Positions 25,851 through 38,560 of a DNA stretch of 64,000 nt are shown here, in pieces. Numbering within the stretch: the stretch's first letter is position 1; each line of letters begins with the position of its first letter. The notes under the pieces are model-generated. The model ran no database searches and had not been told where the DNA came from. It worked only from the letters and a program-made list of their open reading frames with translations. The translations under genes were made by a program, and so were the position numbers. Source of the stretch: Octopus sinensis (lineage: Eukaryota); contig NC_042999.1 of NCBI RefSeq assembly GCF_006345805.1, positions 54,250,001 to 54,314,000 of the forward strand, read 5' to 3'.

Positions 25851-26108
25851 CAGTAAACGGTAGGCTTAATTTCAGCTTGGTGGAGTAATTAAAAAGTACT
25901 CTAATCGTTATAGAATCAATGTCAACCAAATTTATAGGAATTAGCAATTAGACAAAAATGTTTTAACTATAAAAACCTCAAGCATATCTATTTCTCACTG
26001 ATAATATTCCATTAAAATGTTTGTTTTAAGGGATGTGGGTTGATGGGGTTGGGGTGAATGGGACAGAGTTCATGACCATTACAAAAGCTAACAGCGAACC
26101 CAACTCAC

Positions 26109-26224
26109 TGTGTTTGTTGAACATTAGATACACCATCATATGGATCTGGATTCCTCGGTTTGGTTCCGCTGCACAGTACTTTGGACAAATGCCTCCTGCT
26201 ATAGATTTTGGGGACTTGAAATTG
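26109..26224 (-). other. Candidate internal exon
   Basis: Strong minus-strand donor (caca|gtgagt), possible acceptors at 26225, 26199 and 26196; two open frames; no homology recognised. Confidence 0.25.
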
Positions 26225-26304
26225 CTAAATATTGATATGAAGAGCAATAATGTATGTAGTAGAGTCTTGTAGAGTACAAGACGGACTGCACACACACACT
26301 CACT

Positions 26305-26348
<44 letters not shown>

Positions 26349-26760
26349 CTCTTTTACTCTTTTACTTGTTTCAGTTTTTTGACTGCGGCCATGCTGGAGC
26401 GGGTTCAGTCCCACTGTGTGGCACCTTGGGCAAGTGTCTTCTACTATAACCTCGGACTGAACAAAGCCTTGTGAGTGGATTTGGTAGACGGAAACTGAAA
26501 GAAGCCCGTCGTATATATAATTATATATATATATATGTATGTGTGTGTTTGTGTGTCTGTGTTTGTCCCCCTAGCATTGCTTGACAACCGATGCTGGTGT
26601 GTTTATGTCCCCGTTACTTAGCGGTTCGGCAAAAGTGACCGATAGAATAAGTACTGGGCTTACAAGAGAATAAGTCCCGGGGTCGATTTGCTCGACTAAA
26701 GGCGGTGCTCCAGCATGCCCGCAGTCAAATGACAGAAACAAGTAAAAGAGTAAAAGAGTA
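26349..26760 (+). mobile_element. 5'-truncated SINE S2 preceded by an inverted copy of its own 3' tail
   Basis: 26349-26400 is the reverse complement of ~26705-26760 and joins directly to gggttcagtccc. Confidence 0.8.
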
Positions 26761-26879
26761 TGTAGGTTACTTTTTCTTAGCTATCATTTAATGGAATTTA
26801 TATATTCGTGCAAGACTAAGAGTCTAGATTCAAATAAACGTGACTGGAAGAACGAATATATAAATCATACAGATTCTAC

Positions 26880-27055
26880 ATCTAAGAGGTGGGGAATTAT
26901 GTACATTATTTACATTATTTACATTTGACGGATATTTATAGTCATCTTGATTGTTGTTAACACAACATTTCGGCTGATAAACCCTCCAGTCGTCATCAGG
27001 TGTCTTGGTGAAATTTCGAACTTGGATTCTCATTCCTAAGGTATTTTTCAATGTT
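26880..27055 (-). mobile_element. Penelope-like terminal repeat, family H1, with mutated hammerhead
   Basis: Reverse complement of 47180-47370; ctgatgacgactg...cagccgaaatgtt. Confidence 0.7.
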
Positions 27056-27076
27056 GTTGTTGTTGTTATTATTATC

Positions 27077-27140
<64 letters not shown>

Positions 27141-27141
<1 letters not shown>

Positions 27142-27665
27142 TTTTTTTATCTTCTTTCAAATTTGCTTCCATTTCTTGCCGAGTGTCTTCCCGACTCCTA
27201 GGGCAAAGAAACTCATAGTATACATTGGTAGGCCATTAAACCAAACTCAATAGTTCGTTCACTTTTTTTTTTTTTTTTTAAAGTTAAATTAAAATACATG
27301 AGCAGCAACAGTTCTCACATCGACAATGCTCTTCTCAATATGTGTGATGTACCAGTTAAGACAATCTTTTGCACTTCTTGCAGGGATGGTAAGCCAGGGA
27401 TCATTCTCATATAATTTTCGGTTCCCTTCTTGATCATTCCTAGTGCTCCTACGATCACTGGTATTGTAACCGCCTTGAGATGCCACATTTTCTCAATTTC
27501 AATGAGTAGGTCTTTATATTTTCTGAGCTTGTCAAACTCTTTCGCTTAGATATTATGATCACAGGGGATGCTCATGTCGATCAATAAGCAAACTTTATTG
27601 TTTTGGTCTTTCACAACAATATCTGGTTTATTGGCCTTGATGGTTCGGTCTTATTGGCCTTGATG

Positions 27666-27668
<3 letters not shown>
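27141..27668 (-). mobile_element. R4/Dong-like retrotransposon 3' end (RLE endonuclease C-terminus and 3' UTR) inside an (AAT)n array
   Basis: TIKANKPDIV...LIDMSIP...KEFDKLRKYKDLLIEIEKMWHLKAVTIPVIVGALGMI...RRALSM* (stop 27315-27317); (AAT)n on both sides in sense. Confidence 0.85.
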
Positions 27669-27763
<95 letters not shown>

Positions 27764-27834
27764 CATTATTATTATTATTATTATTATCATTATTATTATC
27801 ATCATCATTAATATTATTATTATTATCATTATTA

Positions 27835-27902
27835 TTATTCAGGTCACTGCCTGGAATCGAACTTGGAATCTTGGGGTTAGTAGCCTGCGCTCTTAAACAC
27901 TA
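27835..27902 (-). mobile_element. tRNA-like mini-SINE with (AAT)n tail
   Basis: Reverse complement of 46823-46897. Confidence 0.75.
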
Positions 27903-27995
27903 CTGATGAAGGTTGGAGGGTATATCAGCCGAAACGTTGTGTTAATAACAAACAAGATGAGGACAAATATAAGTCAAATGTAAATAATGTAAATA
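27903..27995 (+). ncRNA. Minimal type I hammerhead motif, family H1, 5' flank truncated
   Basis: ctgatga-a-ggttg[gagggtatat]cagcc-gaaac-gtt-gtgtt. Confidence 0.6.
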
Positions 27996-28289
27996 ACTTA
28001 AATAATGAATTCATAAATCCCATTAAATGATAACTAAAAAATAAACCTATGTACTTTAAACGTTTGTTTTTGTCTTTTATTAACAGCTAAGGAGTACAAG
28101 TATGACTATTACGATTTGCTATTTATGAATATCTGAGTCCTTTTGTATGAGACAAATTGTATAGCAACATCAAACATAAAAACGATAACCCATTTTAACA
28201 TCCAATCTTCTTCATTACAGAAATATGAATGAGCTGTGTTTAATAAGTCATACACTGATTATTTCAATATATATATATATATAGTAAGG

Positions 28290-28470
28290 GAAAGTTTACG
28301 AAAATAAACAAAAGACGAAGGCAGGTGGAGTACAAACAAAGGTATTAGTATAGCGCTCAGGAATAGAAATAGAAAAAGTCTTTTACGTTTCGAGCCTAAG
28401 CTCTTCGACAGAAAGGGACACAGAAAAAACAAGGAGAGAAAAAAATGCGTGTAGGAGCTAACGATCTATC
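28290..28470 (-). mobile_element. Penelope-like terminal repeat H2 with hammerhead variant (motif ~28378-28415)
   Basis: Minus strand: cttt-ctgtcga-a-gagc[ttag]gctc-gaaac-gta-aaag. Confidence 0.6.
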
Positions 28471-28949
28471 ATGGCGTCCTAGCAGTGATATACATAATAG
28501 TGCTATAGAGTACAATGAAGTGGAGTAAAGTGATATAAACCTAATAAGTTGATATGAAGACCGACCTCTATGAGTCAGGTTTAACTATAGATCTTCCCCT
28601 GACCCAGGTCCGAGCCAGGTCTTCTTTTTTTTCTTTTCATGGAAGAGTGACATCGACCGATGCGTGAAAGTCACTCCTCTCCGAACCACCGATGTTTCTA
28701 CAAGAGAAAGGCCACTTCCTTAGGAACTGATACAGCTTGGAATCAATGCCGTCGCTGGCTTTGATCCCAGAATGCAAAGAACCGGTAAAGACGCAGCAAG
28801 GTAGCTTATCGGTTGCTCCGGCTTTTTTTCATCAACCCCGAAAAGCGATGATGACCTCAGATGGATTTGAATTCAGATCTCAGTCAGACAGAACACATAC
28901 CACAATGTATTTATCAACCGCTTTGACGGTGTAACCAATTCTCCGCCCT

Positions 28950-29170
28950 GATAACAGGTTACAAAGATGCGGTTTTCGTTATCGAAAATATTGAGGACGA
29001 GGTAAATCGATTAAACCGACCCCAATGTTCTACTGATACTTATTTTATCGACCCCCGAAAGGATAAAAAGCAACTTCGACCTCGACGAAATTTGAACTCA
29101 GAACGTAAATGCAGGTGAATTGCTGCTAAGCATTTCGCCCGGCGCGTTGACGATTCTGCCAGATTGCTGC
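28950..29170 (-). mobile_element. SINE S3
   Basis: ccccgaaaggataaaa...tttgaactcagaacgt...gattctgccagattgctgcc. Confidence 0.75.
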
Positions 29171-30087
29171 CTTGTGTTATCGAAAATATTGGAGTAACAA
29201 AAAAGAAAAAAAAAACGGATATTTGTAACCAAGAAATAAATTGCCTTTGTCATGGTTGGAACAGAATTGAGATAGTGGAATCAATCAGCAGTGAGAGAAA
29301 TACACTCAATGCCCTGCTATTTCTCAGTTGGGTCGTTCTTTAATCTGTTAATGAACTGCAAAGAAACTGAATTGGTTTGCGGAGAAAAATACATTTTAAA
29401 AATAAAGACGAATTTAAAATCGAAACCATTTTCAAAGATAATGAAAATATTCGAATATAAATAAAGTTATAATAAAAGAAACCTATGGGAAGCTATGTGA
29501 ATAACCTTCGTAGATTATTCCAGATAATTCCAAATATCACGACATCTATCGTTATCGTCACAAGCTCACTTCTTTTTCAGAAATAATCACAAAATAAGAA
29601 CCTTTATTTCCTATCTCTCTTTCTCTTTCTTCTTCTTTCTCTCTCTCTCTCCTTCTTCTCTCTCTCTCTCTCTATCTATCTCTCTCTCTCTCTGTCCCTC
29701 TCTCTCTCTCTCTCTTTTTCTGTCTACGGAAGAGTTAGTCAATAAAACACTCTACGTGGAAATACTCCAACCGTAACTAATGGAAGCTCAAGAACTAAAC
29801 CAATCTGTTTGCTATCGTTTTTACCAATCCTACTAAGACGTTTTTTTTCTTTCTGGAATAAATTTTTAAATAATATTAATTAGTTTGAAGTAATCAGTTC
29901 CAATTTCGTGATTTGATTTCAGAATATTTTAATATCAGAAATTATTAGCTTATAGTAATTTTTCTAATTTTGTAAATCAGTTTTTTTTTCCTCCTTGAAT
30001 CTGTGATATATTTTTTCTCTTTGGTTTTCCTCTCTACTCGGCAGCCCAACCCACCTACCCATCCCCCACTTGCACCCAAAAACTTAC

Positions 30088-30600
30088 CAGGACTGATTGT
30101 CAAGTCAATTCTTTGTCACAACCAAGATGGAGGCGACGCCATATGTCACTATCACAACCAGCTCAAAAATAAAATTTAGTTGAGGCTTGCGTCGTTTGTA
30201 ATCCTAATTCCACTTCGCAGCCACCAAAGTGTGGGATGTTAGATGAAGGACTTAAGATCGAATACTAGTCAGTCCAACCTGTTTGCGAGTCTTCACATCA
30301 GTGAGAAGGGCCGATGCACTATAAAACCGACGAGAGGAAAGCCACAAAACGAAGCGCTTTCACTTCGATACCCCTAAAGCTCACTTGTGCTCTGTTTGCG
30401 AAACTAACGAGAACTTTCGATTGACAATGTTTGCACAAGCAAGCCGTCCTCAGTAGTAACTTTCGTCACTTAAAATCCTTGGTCCTCGTCAGAATACCCG
30501 ACGAGTGAATCGCGGGCTCCGAAGTGTGGATATCAGCGAATGCATTGCCGTCAGACGTAGCACAAACTTAGTGATTTCCTCATTGGTTCAATCTACATTC
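30088..30600 (-). promoter_or_regulatory. Candidate promoter and non-coding first exon
   Basis: Non-repetitive and locally CpG-rich. Consensus donor ctg|gtaagt at 30088/30087, CCAAT (minus) near 30582, YY1-like atatggcg near 30140. All three frames are closed near the donor. Confidence 0.45.
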
Positions 30601-31069
30601 ATAAATAATATTAGCTTTCATTTTTTGTTTCTCATTTATCTTTAGTCTTGGGTTACAATCTGTTTTCGTACACTTATTTATTCATACAACAAAAATATAA
30701 CTTGAATTAATTTCGATTTAAATCCAAGCATATTAGGAAATTACTATGTTAGCTTGTATCAATATGTTCTCAATGCTTCTACCAACCTGCAGATCTACCC
30801 TATTACTTGCTCCCTCTCTCTAAAGATTGTCTACGTGAATTAGGAAGGATTAGAAATGTACGTGTCATGTGTAAATGCTTATTACTTTAGACAGATGAAT
30901 ACTTGTAGTAAATGACTTAGAAATGATTATTAGAAGAGATAAAGGGAAGAGTGAAGAGAAACTGGGGTGAAGAGGGGGCAGCGAAAGGGGACGGGGACAG
31001 ATGGCATGCGTATGTGTGCATGTCATATATATATATATATAGTGTCTGTGTGTGTGCGTGTGGTACTCC

Positions 31070-31412
31070 GTCGGTTACGACGATGGAACAGCCTGCTCCT
31101 GAAATGAACGTGCAAGTGGCTGAGCACTCCACAGACATGTGTACCCTTAACGTAGTTCTTGGGGAGATTCAGCGTGACGCAGAGTGTGTCAAGGGTGGTC
31201 CTTTGAAATACAGGTACAACAGAGACAGAAAGAAAGAGTGAGAGAAAGTTGTAGTGAAAGAGTAGAGCAGGATTCGTCACCACCATCCCCTGCCGGAACT
31301 TCGTGGAGCTTTAGGTGTTTTCGCTCAATAAACATTCACAACGCCCGATCTGGGAATCGAAACCACGATCCTACAACCGCGATACCGCTGTCCAAACCAC
31401 TGAGCCGTTGCT
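31070..31412 (-). mobile_element. SINE family S4
   Basis: Reverse complement of 31708-32092. Confidence 0.85.
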
Positions 31413-31413
31413 C

Positions 31414-31453
<40 letters not shown>

Positions 31454-31707
31454 AACATGGGGATGTATGTACTTATGTTTGTGTATCCATATGTATTTCC
31501 ATAAAAACATGTGCTTGTATGTGTACAGATATGTGTGTTTGTGTGCTTATATATATGCATACAAACATATACATACACACATCATACATACACGCATATA
31601 TAAATACGTACATAAATAAACGCACACACCAACGTTCATACATAAGATAAATCTTCAATAATAGCCGACAAGATGTCTCTCTTGTATATATTAGTGCCAC
31701 GCTCGCT

Positions 31708-32092
31708 TGGAGGCGCAATGGCCCAGTGGTTAGGGCAGCAGACTCGCGGTCGTAGGATCGCGGTTTCGATTCCCAGACCGGGCGTTGTGAGTGTTTATTG
31801 AGCGAAAACACCTAAAGCTCCACGAGGCTCCGGCAGGGGATGGTGGTGATCCCTGCTGTACTCTTTCACCACAACTTTCTCTCACTCTTACTTCCTGTTT
31901 CTGTTCTACCTGTATTTCAAAGGGCCGGCCTTGTCACTCTCTGTGTCACGCTGAATCTCCCCGAGAACTACGTTAAGGGGTACACGTGTCTGTGGAGTGC
32001 TCAGCCACTTACACGTTAATTTCACGAGCAGGCTGTTCTGTTGATCGGATCAACCAGAACCCTCATCATTGTAACCGACGGAGTGCTTCCAA
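31708..32092 (+). mobile_element. SINE family S4, full length (tRNA head plus S1-type tail)
   Basis: gaggcgcaatggcccagtggttagg (A box), gtttcgattcc (B box); the tail matches ~41575-41750. Confidence 0.9.
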
Positions 32093-32404
32093 GTGCCACG
32101 CTCGACCGGGCGATGAAATCGAAACATTTGTTACTTGTTCCTTAGAAGTTGTTAGATTAATGCCATTAGTTTATATGCGGTCTGTGTTGTTGTTGTTGTT
32201 GTTGTCGTTGTCGTGGTTGTTGTTGCGTTGATTTTTTTTGATTTTTTTTCAACATCTACTTAAATTAAATCTAATCTGACTTTATGTCAAGTTCAATGGC
32301 TCCTCACACAATTTTCAAAGGCATCGACATTCACAAAACCCCGCGTTCAAAAATCTCTGTGTAAACTATACAAATGCAACGAATCTCCATATATCGTATG
32401 TATG

Positions 32405-32470
<66 letters not shown>

Positions 32471-32489
32471 TATATATATGTATTTGTGT

Positions 32490-32710
32490 GTATGTTTACG
32501 TGTCTGTGTTTGTCCCCCTAGCAATGATTGACAACCGATGCTGGTGTGTTTACGTCCCCATCACTTAGCGGTTCGGCAAAAGAGACCGATAGAATAAGTA
32601 GTGGGCTTACAAAGAATAAGTCCCGGGGTCGATTTCCTCGACTAAAGGCGGTGCTCCAGCATGGCCGCACACAAATGACTGAAACAAGTAAAAGAGAAAG
32701 AGTAAAGAGT
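32490..32710 (+). mobile_element. SINE S2 3' half
   Basis: Matches the S2 tail. Confidence 0.85.
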
Positions 32711-33088
32711 ATATAGAATTCATCAAACACAACATATTCGGCACGACATAATGATACAAACTGAACAAATGAGCCATTTTATTTGTACAAATGTCTGCCA
32801 AATGTAAACTTACGCTTAATTCTCTACCATCTGTTTCCAAATCTACAGAAACAGTCCAGGAAAAGAAGAAAAAAAAAAACAGAATAGTTTCTATTTTCAT
32901 AGTTTTGAAGATATTTTCTGGATCTTTAGCCATTCGATCCCATATGTCAGCGAGAGAATTAATTATGTATTAATGAAATGACTTTGAATAATGTCTTACA
33001 GATGGAAATGTGGGCGGCTAGGGAACAATGGCTTTAGATTTTATACATACAAAAATATATGAATATATATATATAAATATGTATATAA

Positions 33089-33145
<57 letters not shown>

Positions 33146-33209
33146 TATGTATAAATATGTATACATATTTGCTTACATACATATGGAAATGTGTACGTAT
33201 GCATGTATT

Positions 33210-33241
<32 letters not shown>

Positions 33242-33264
33242 CATACGCACATATGCGTATATAT

Positions 33265-33302
<38 letters not shown>

Positions 33303-33365
33303 CAAAGAGAAAGAGAGATACATATACGTATACATATATGCGTGTGTGTGAACGCTCAGGAATGC

Positions 33366-33409
<44 letters not shown>

Positions 33410-34117
33410 TATAATATATATTATATATACACACCACACAATTGTATATGTCTTACAGATATAAATGCTGGTGGTTAGTGAATATTGTTTCAATGCACCC
33501 ACGCACACAAACACACACACACAAACACACACACAAACACAGATACATACATACAGACATACAGACAGACAGACAGACATACAGACAGACAGACAGACAA
33601 ACAAACAGACAGGCAGACAAACATACACATATATATGCGCATACAAACATACAAACGTAAAAGTGAGCCGTGTTTATTTTCGTTAACAATGCAAGGTAAA
33701 CAAATGTTTTACATGAACAAACATGCATCTATGTTGCTGTTAATATCTGGACGTCAGCCATTAATAGACACAAACACACACACACAGAGTCAAACATACA
33801 CACACTCTCAGAATTAGACACAAACACACAATCACAGGTACACAAGTAACAGCAGGCACATAGACACATATATACGAAAAAAAACCTTCCCTTTCATTGA
33901 TATTGCAGTTGTTTAAAACATAGTTCCGTTGTGTATCTGTGTTTGTGTATGTATGTATGTATGTATGTATGTATGTATGTATGTATGTATGTATGTATGT
34001 ATGCATGTATGTATGTATGTATGTATGTATTTCATCTATTCAATAAGACAACCAATACTTCATTTCATTTTACTATATATACCATATATACTATATATTC
34101 TATATACACACACACAC

Positions 34118-34167
<50 letters not shown>

Positions 34168-34519
34168 AAAGCGGATTTGAAAATGGAGAGGTCTTTGAAA
34201 GATGTTTATTGACTTAACCGGTTTCACTTTTTTTAAAAAAAGATTATCAAAATTAAAATGTAATGCTATGTGTAACCTTTGTTGTATTAAAAAAAGGTTA
34301 CCACAGTTTGAATTAAAATACAATTATACAGGCTTTGATAATGATAAGAAAATATTAAGAAACAGAATCTTTGAATGTTAAGAGGATTTTTTTTTTGTTG
34401 TTTAAACAGTTTACATAAAAGTGTTCAAAATAGGTAGTAAAATAAATTTATGATTATTTGAAGTTCATCAAAAATCATGATTGTAGAGAAGCATGTATAC
34501 AGAAGGAATCATATTTAAG

Positions 34520-34550
<31 letters not shown>

Positions 34551-34590
34551 ATATATATATATATATATATAGATAGATAGATAGATAGAT

Positions 34591-34634
<44 letters not shown>

Positions 34635-34698
34635 CTATAGATATAGAAATAATATTTGATATATATATTTCCACATGCATATATATATATATGTGGTG

Positions 34699-34754
<56 letters not shown>

Positions 34755-36019
34755 TTGTGTGTATTAACCTGACTCTTTCTTACACACACACACACACACC
34801 TTTATACATATGTATGCATATTCCTAATTAGTAAGAGGGCAGAATGCGGGAAGATCGTTATTACATACGTCAGTAAAAAAATAAAACACTTCCAAAAATA
34901 AAATATCCTTTATGATGTAGATAAAAAGAAAAATCTGACGTTTCGGGAAGATTCCCATCATCAATGCGCTTTATCTAAATCATTGAGTTTCTCGTTTTCC
35001 TTTTGTCATGATATTTATTTCATCATTTTGAATTTCTGTTATATATTTTTGTAAATGATTTAGCATGGCGTTTTCCAGAGCTTGCGAGAAACATAATAGC
35101 ACAAAGTCTTCACGTTACCCAACTGTACCTGTTTTTTTTTCTTTGATAAATATACTCGCCCCTATTGTACTTTTATGCACCTAAATTTAGAGGGCACGTA
35201 TGTTAGTGTAAAGTATTTCCCATTGCTATATTCAGGCACGGCACCAAAGGAATGTTTAGTCTGGAGGTAGAGATAATTTCGAAACTGACATTCAAATTAC
35301 ATTCGCGTGAACGGTTTTAGCAGCAGCAATTAGAAGATAATCCAAAAACAACCACAGATGCTGTAGAAAAGTAGCTAAATCTTCCTCATCACGCTCCACC
35401 CTGTCTTAAATGAAAGGCAATCAGATAATTAACAATGGACTCCTAGATGTACTATGACAGACAAACTAAAAACGCGTTGGTCATGGTTGGAGATACTTTG
35501 AATGTATATCTGCTCGATAGCGGTAGATCTCAAGTAAACAAGTAAAATCGACAACAATAACAACAACATCAACAACAATACATTTCTCATCGTTGTTAAA
35601 TTATATATATACACGCATAAACATACACACGATTATAGAGATATACATACACATACAAACATGCATACATACGCACGTACATACATGTACATACATACAA
35701 ATTATTCTTATTGGATTATTATTATCTATCATTTCAGGAATTCCACAGATGCTGTGAAGAGATAACTGCAAAAGAGCAAAGATATAATACAAATATCTTA
35801 GATGTATTATTAGCCACTTTATATTCTCCTATCTACGCAAGCTGGGAGATTAAAACCAACAGATTTATCCCGAAGTTTGAGAAACTATTTATACTAAAGA
35901 GCTATAGTACTACTATTCGCTGGTTTACTATAAAACCTATAACACTAACACTGTTTGCTGGAGAATAATATTGGTTTCCAATTTTGGCACAAGGCCAGCA
36001 AGTTCGGCTGAGTGATCTT

Positions 36020-36160
36020 AGTCGATTCCATCGACGTCGACCTCGAAAAGATGAAAGGCAAAGTCGACCTCGACGGAATTTGAACTCAGAACGTCAAAAC
36101 AGACGAAATGTCACTTAACATTTTGCCCGGCGTTCTAATGTTTCAGCCAGCGCTCCGACC
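36020..36160 (-). mobile_element. SINE S3 5' part
   Basis: gatgaaaggcaaagtcgacctcgacggaatttgaactcagaacgt. Confidence 0.75.
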
Positions 36161-36319
36161 TACTGTCGAATGATATTGACAGACATTTCTGAGTTGCTAA
36201 ATAAAATGATGCTGAATTTGTTTTACATTTCATTTTAGCACACTTATTTTTGTACAATAATGTACACTTCTCTTAGTTTACATTCAGAATGTTATTGTAG
36301 AAGCTTCGATAAATATATT

Positions 36320-36545
36320 CAGCCTAACCTAACGCATTTTTTTTCTCTCCTTGTTTCTTCCTTGTTTCTTTTCTGTGTATCTTTCTGTCGAAGAGCGTAG
36401 GCGCGAAACGTAAAAGACTTGCTTTATTTCTATTGCTGAGCGCCATACTAATACAATTGTTTGTTTGTACTCCACCTGCCTTCGTCTTTTGTTTATTTTC
36501 GTAAACCTGCCGTCGTCTTTTGTCTATTTTCGTAAACCTTCCCTT
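36320..36545 (+). mobile_element. Penelope-like terminal repeat H2 with hammerhead variant (motif ~36380-36417)
   Basis: tcttt-ctgtcga-a-gagc[gtag]gcgc-gaaac-gta-aaaga; paralogous to 28290-28470. Confidence 0.6.
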
Positions 36546-37779
36546 CCTATATATATATATATATTTTTTTTTTCCGAACTTTCGAATTTACGTTTTAAAC
36601 GGAATCAAACCTTTTCGTTCGGCGGCTTAAAGGGGTTATTTTTTGGAAGTAAAATTATTGGGTGTAATTATTAGTATGCCAATCGTGTCCCACCGGCAGC
36701 TTTCAAAATATTTTGTCCCCATCCATGTTCATTTTTTAAAACCAAATATTATTATCAGTTATCATTTAGTGTTGAATTTCTTTCGAAATACATCAATTTC
36801 TCATCACTAGTTCGGCATTTAAGATGAAGTGAACGATTCGCTGAAGAGGCTTAATTAAACCGAAATATGTCAGAAATTGTTTTGTGTTCTCACACCAAAC
36901 ATACGAGATAATGTCATCTTTTCGTCACTGCGTCAGTGTTTTTAGCTATATATTCAATATTCCTTACATTAAATATTTGATCTGTAATTGAACGATTGTA
37001 AGCTCAATACTGTGAGGAGAGAAACTCTGGAGGTACATCGTAAGTTCATTGTTGACAATAATGTTGAATTACAAAAGAAAGAAAAAAGCACGAATATTGC
37101 TCTGTAAAATATTTGGTTGTGACCAAGTATTTGCTGTGAACGTTAGATTTAGGATAGCCACATGTAAACGCCATCTCATTTACATCTGCTGTTTCAAGCT
37201 ATTAACCGTTACATCGAGTTTAAACTGTTTTAGAAATAAATCTGTTTCTGTAAATCTTCCACCTAATGGCATAAAAATGGTTCTACTTAGATCCGTTATT
37301 GTGGAATTTAATTCTTAATATTATTTCTTACTTTGTCACCAAGGAACTAGTCAGACATTCCTTGTCTGTCATTCGTCATGAAATGCATTACCAAAGAATG
37401 GTATAAGAACTTTATATAATGAATTTAGATTTCATTTCCTGTTTAGCATTTCGCAGTAAATATTAGTACCAAGGTTTTCTAGTGATGAGTAAGCACAATA
37501 ATTATGAGAACATTTCGTATATACTCTCTCTCTCTCTCTCTCTCTGAATCTGGTTATTACAACATTTACTTCTAATAGTTTCTTTTTTTCTTACGACTAT
37601 AGCTTTTTTTCGGTTTCACTGGTAAATGTATTTCGATTGTATGACAAACAAAATAAAGAATGGCATCGAGAAAATGGAGAATAAATTCAAGATATTAAAG
37701 GAGAAAAACAAATTTCAGTTTTTTTGTCACAACATAAGGTCATTACCAGAGTCATAGAGTGTTCGTTGGAAGACAAACG

Positions 37780-38560
37780 ACAGAGAACCATGTTACTATC
37801 GTTGATGAAATCCATTCTCGGGCCCGTATTCAGTGGATGGATTGCTGCAATGAACAGCGACATCTGTTCAGTGGTCGGAGTGAACGGTTACTTCTCGGAG
37901 CCATTCACCATTATGCGCTCGGTCCGCCAAAGTTAACCGCTCTCGTCCTTGTTGTACGTACTGACTCTCGAACCACTACTGCACAAACTGGAGCGTTGGA
38001 GGGGCATCCCGCATGAATATGCCAACGGTATCACCGTAATGGTGTTGAAAACCAAATACATTGTGATAATTGACCGCGCTCTCAGACAGTACGAAGCGGT
38101 ATCAGGAGCGAAAATTAACTAAGAAAATACAATGGGCTTACAACTCGATCCATAGAGAAGCAAGTCATGTTGTCCAACAGCATTGTTTGGCACTGGACGA
38201 ACGGGCCGTTTAAATTGCTCGGTGTATGGTTTGGTCCGGACCTCCAGGTGGACAAAAACTGAAACGAAGTAACAAGCTAAGTGGCTATCCTCACCCAAAA
38301 ATGGACCGAGAGGGAGCTATCCCTGAAAGATCGAGTAGAAGTGGCTAACAATTATATTACGTCCGTCATCTGCTACATGCTGACTGGAGCGTATAGTCTT
38401 TCGCTTCTTGGGGAAAGGTTATGCGTTCCCATGGTCAAGCGATCCATCTGTTGTCAACGCCTGCTGCATGGTGGACTGGTCATGTTATGGCTGATGATGC
38501 ATAAATATGCGCTGAGGTCATGATATTTCCAACTTTTTTTTATGATGAACAAGTGTGGTT
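37780..38560 (+). pseudogene. Degraded Tx1-type RT fragment
   Basis: LGPVFSGWIAAM...VNGYFSEPFTIMRSVRQ; WT.GPFKLLGVWFGPDLQ; LSLKDRVEVAN.YITSVI; VPMVKRSICCQ...GGL.M.WLMM. Colinear with 7664-8878 but with many lesions. Confidence 0.85.

Noticed and set aside
25207-25947. 246-aa and 187-aa I/T and M/V-rich ORFs
   Set aside because: Translations of GAT/GGT repeats.
36840-36880. ctgaaga-ggctt..aaacc-gaaat-atgtc hammerhead-like motif
   Set aside because: Imperfect stem II and unconvincing helix III and stem I; single copy.
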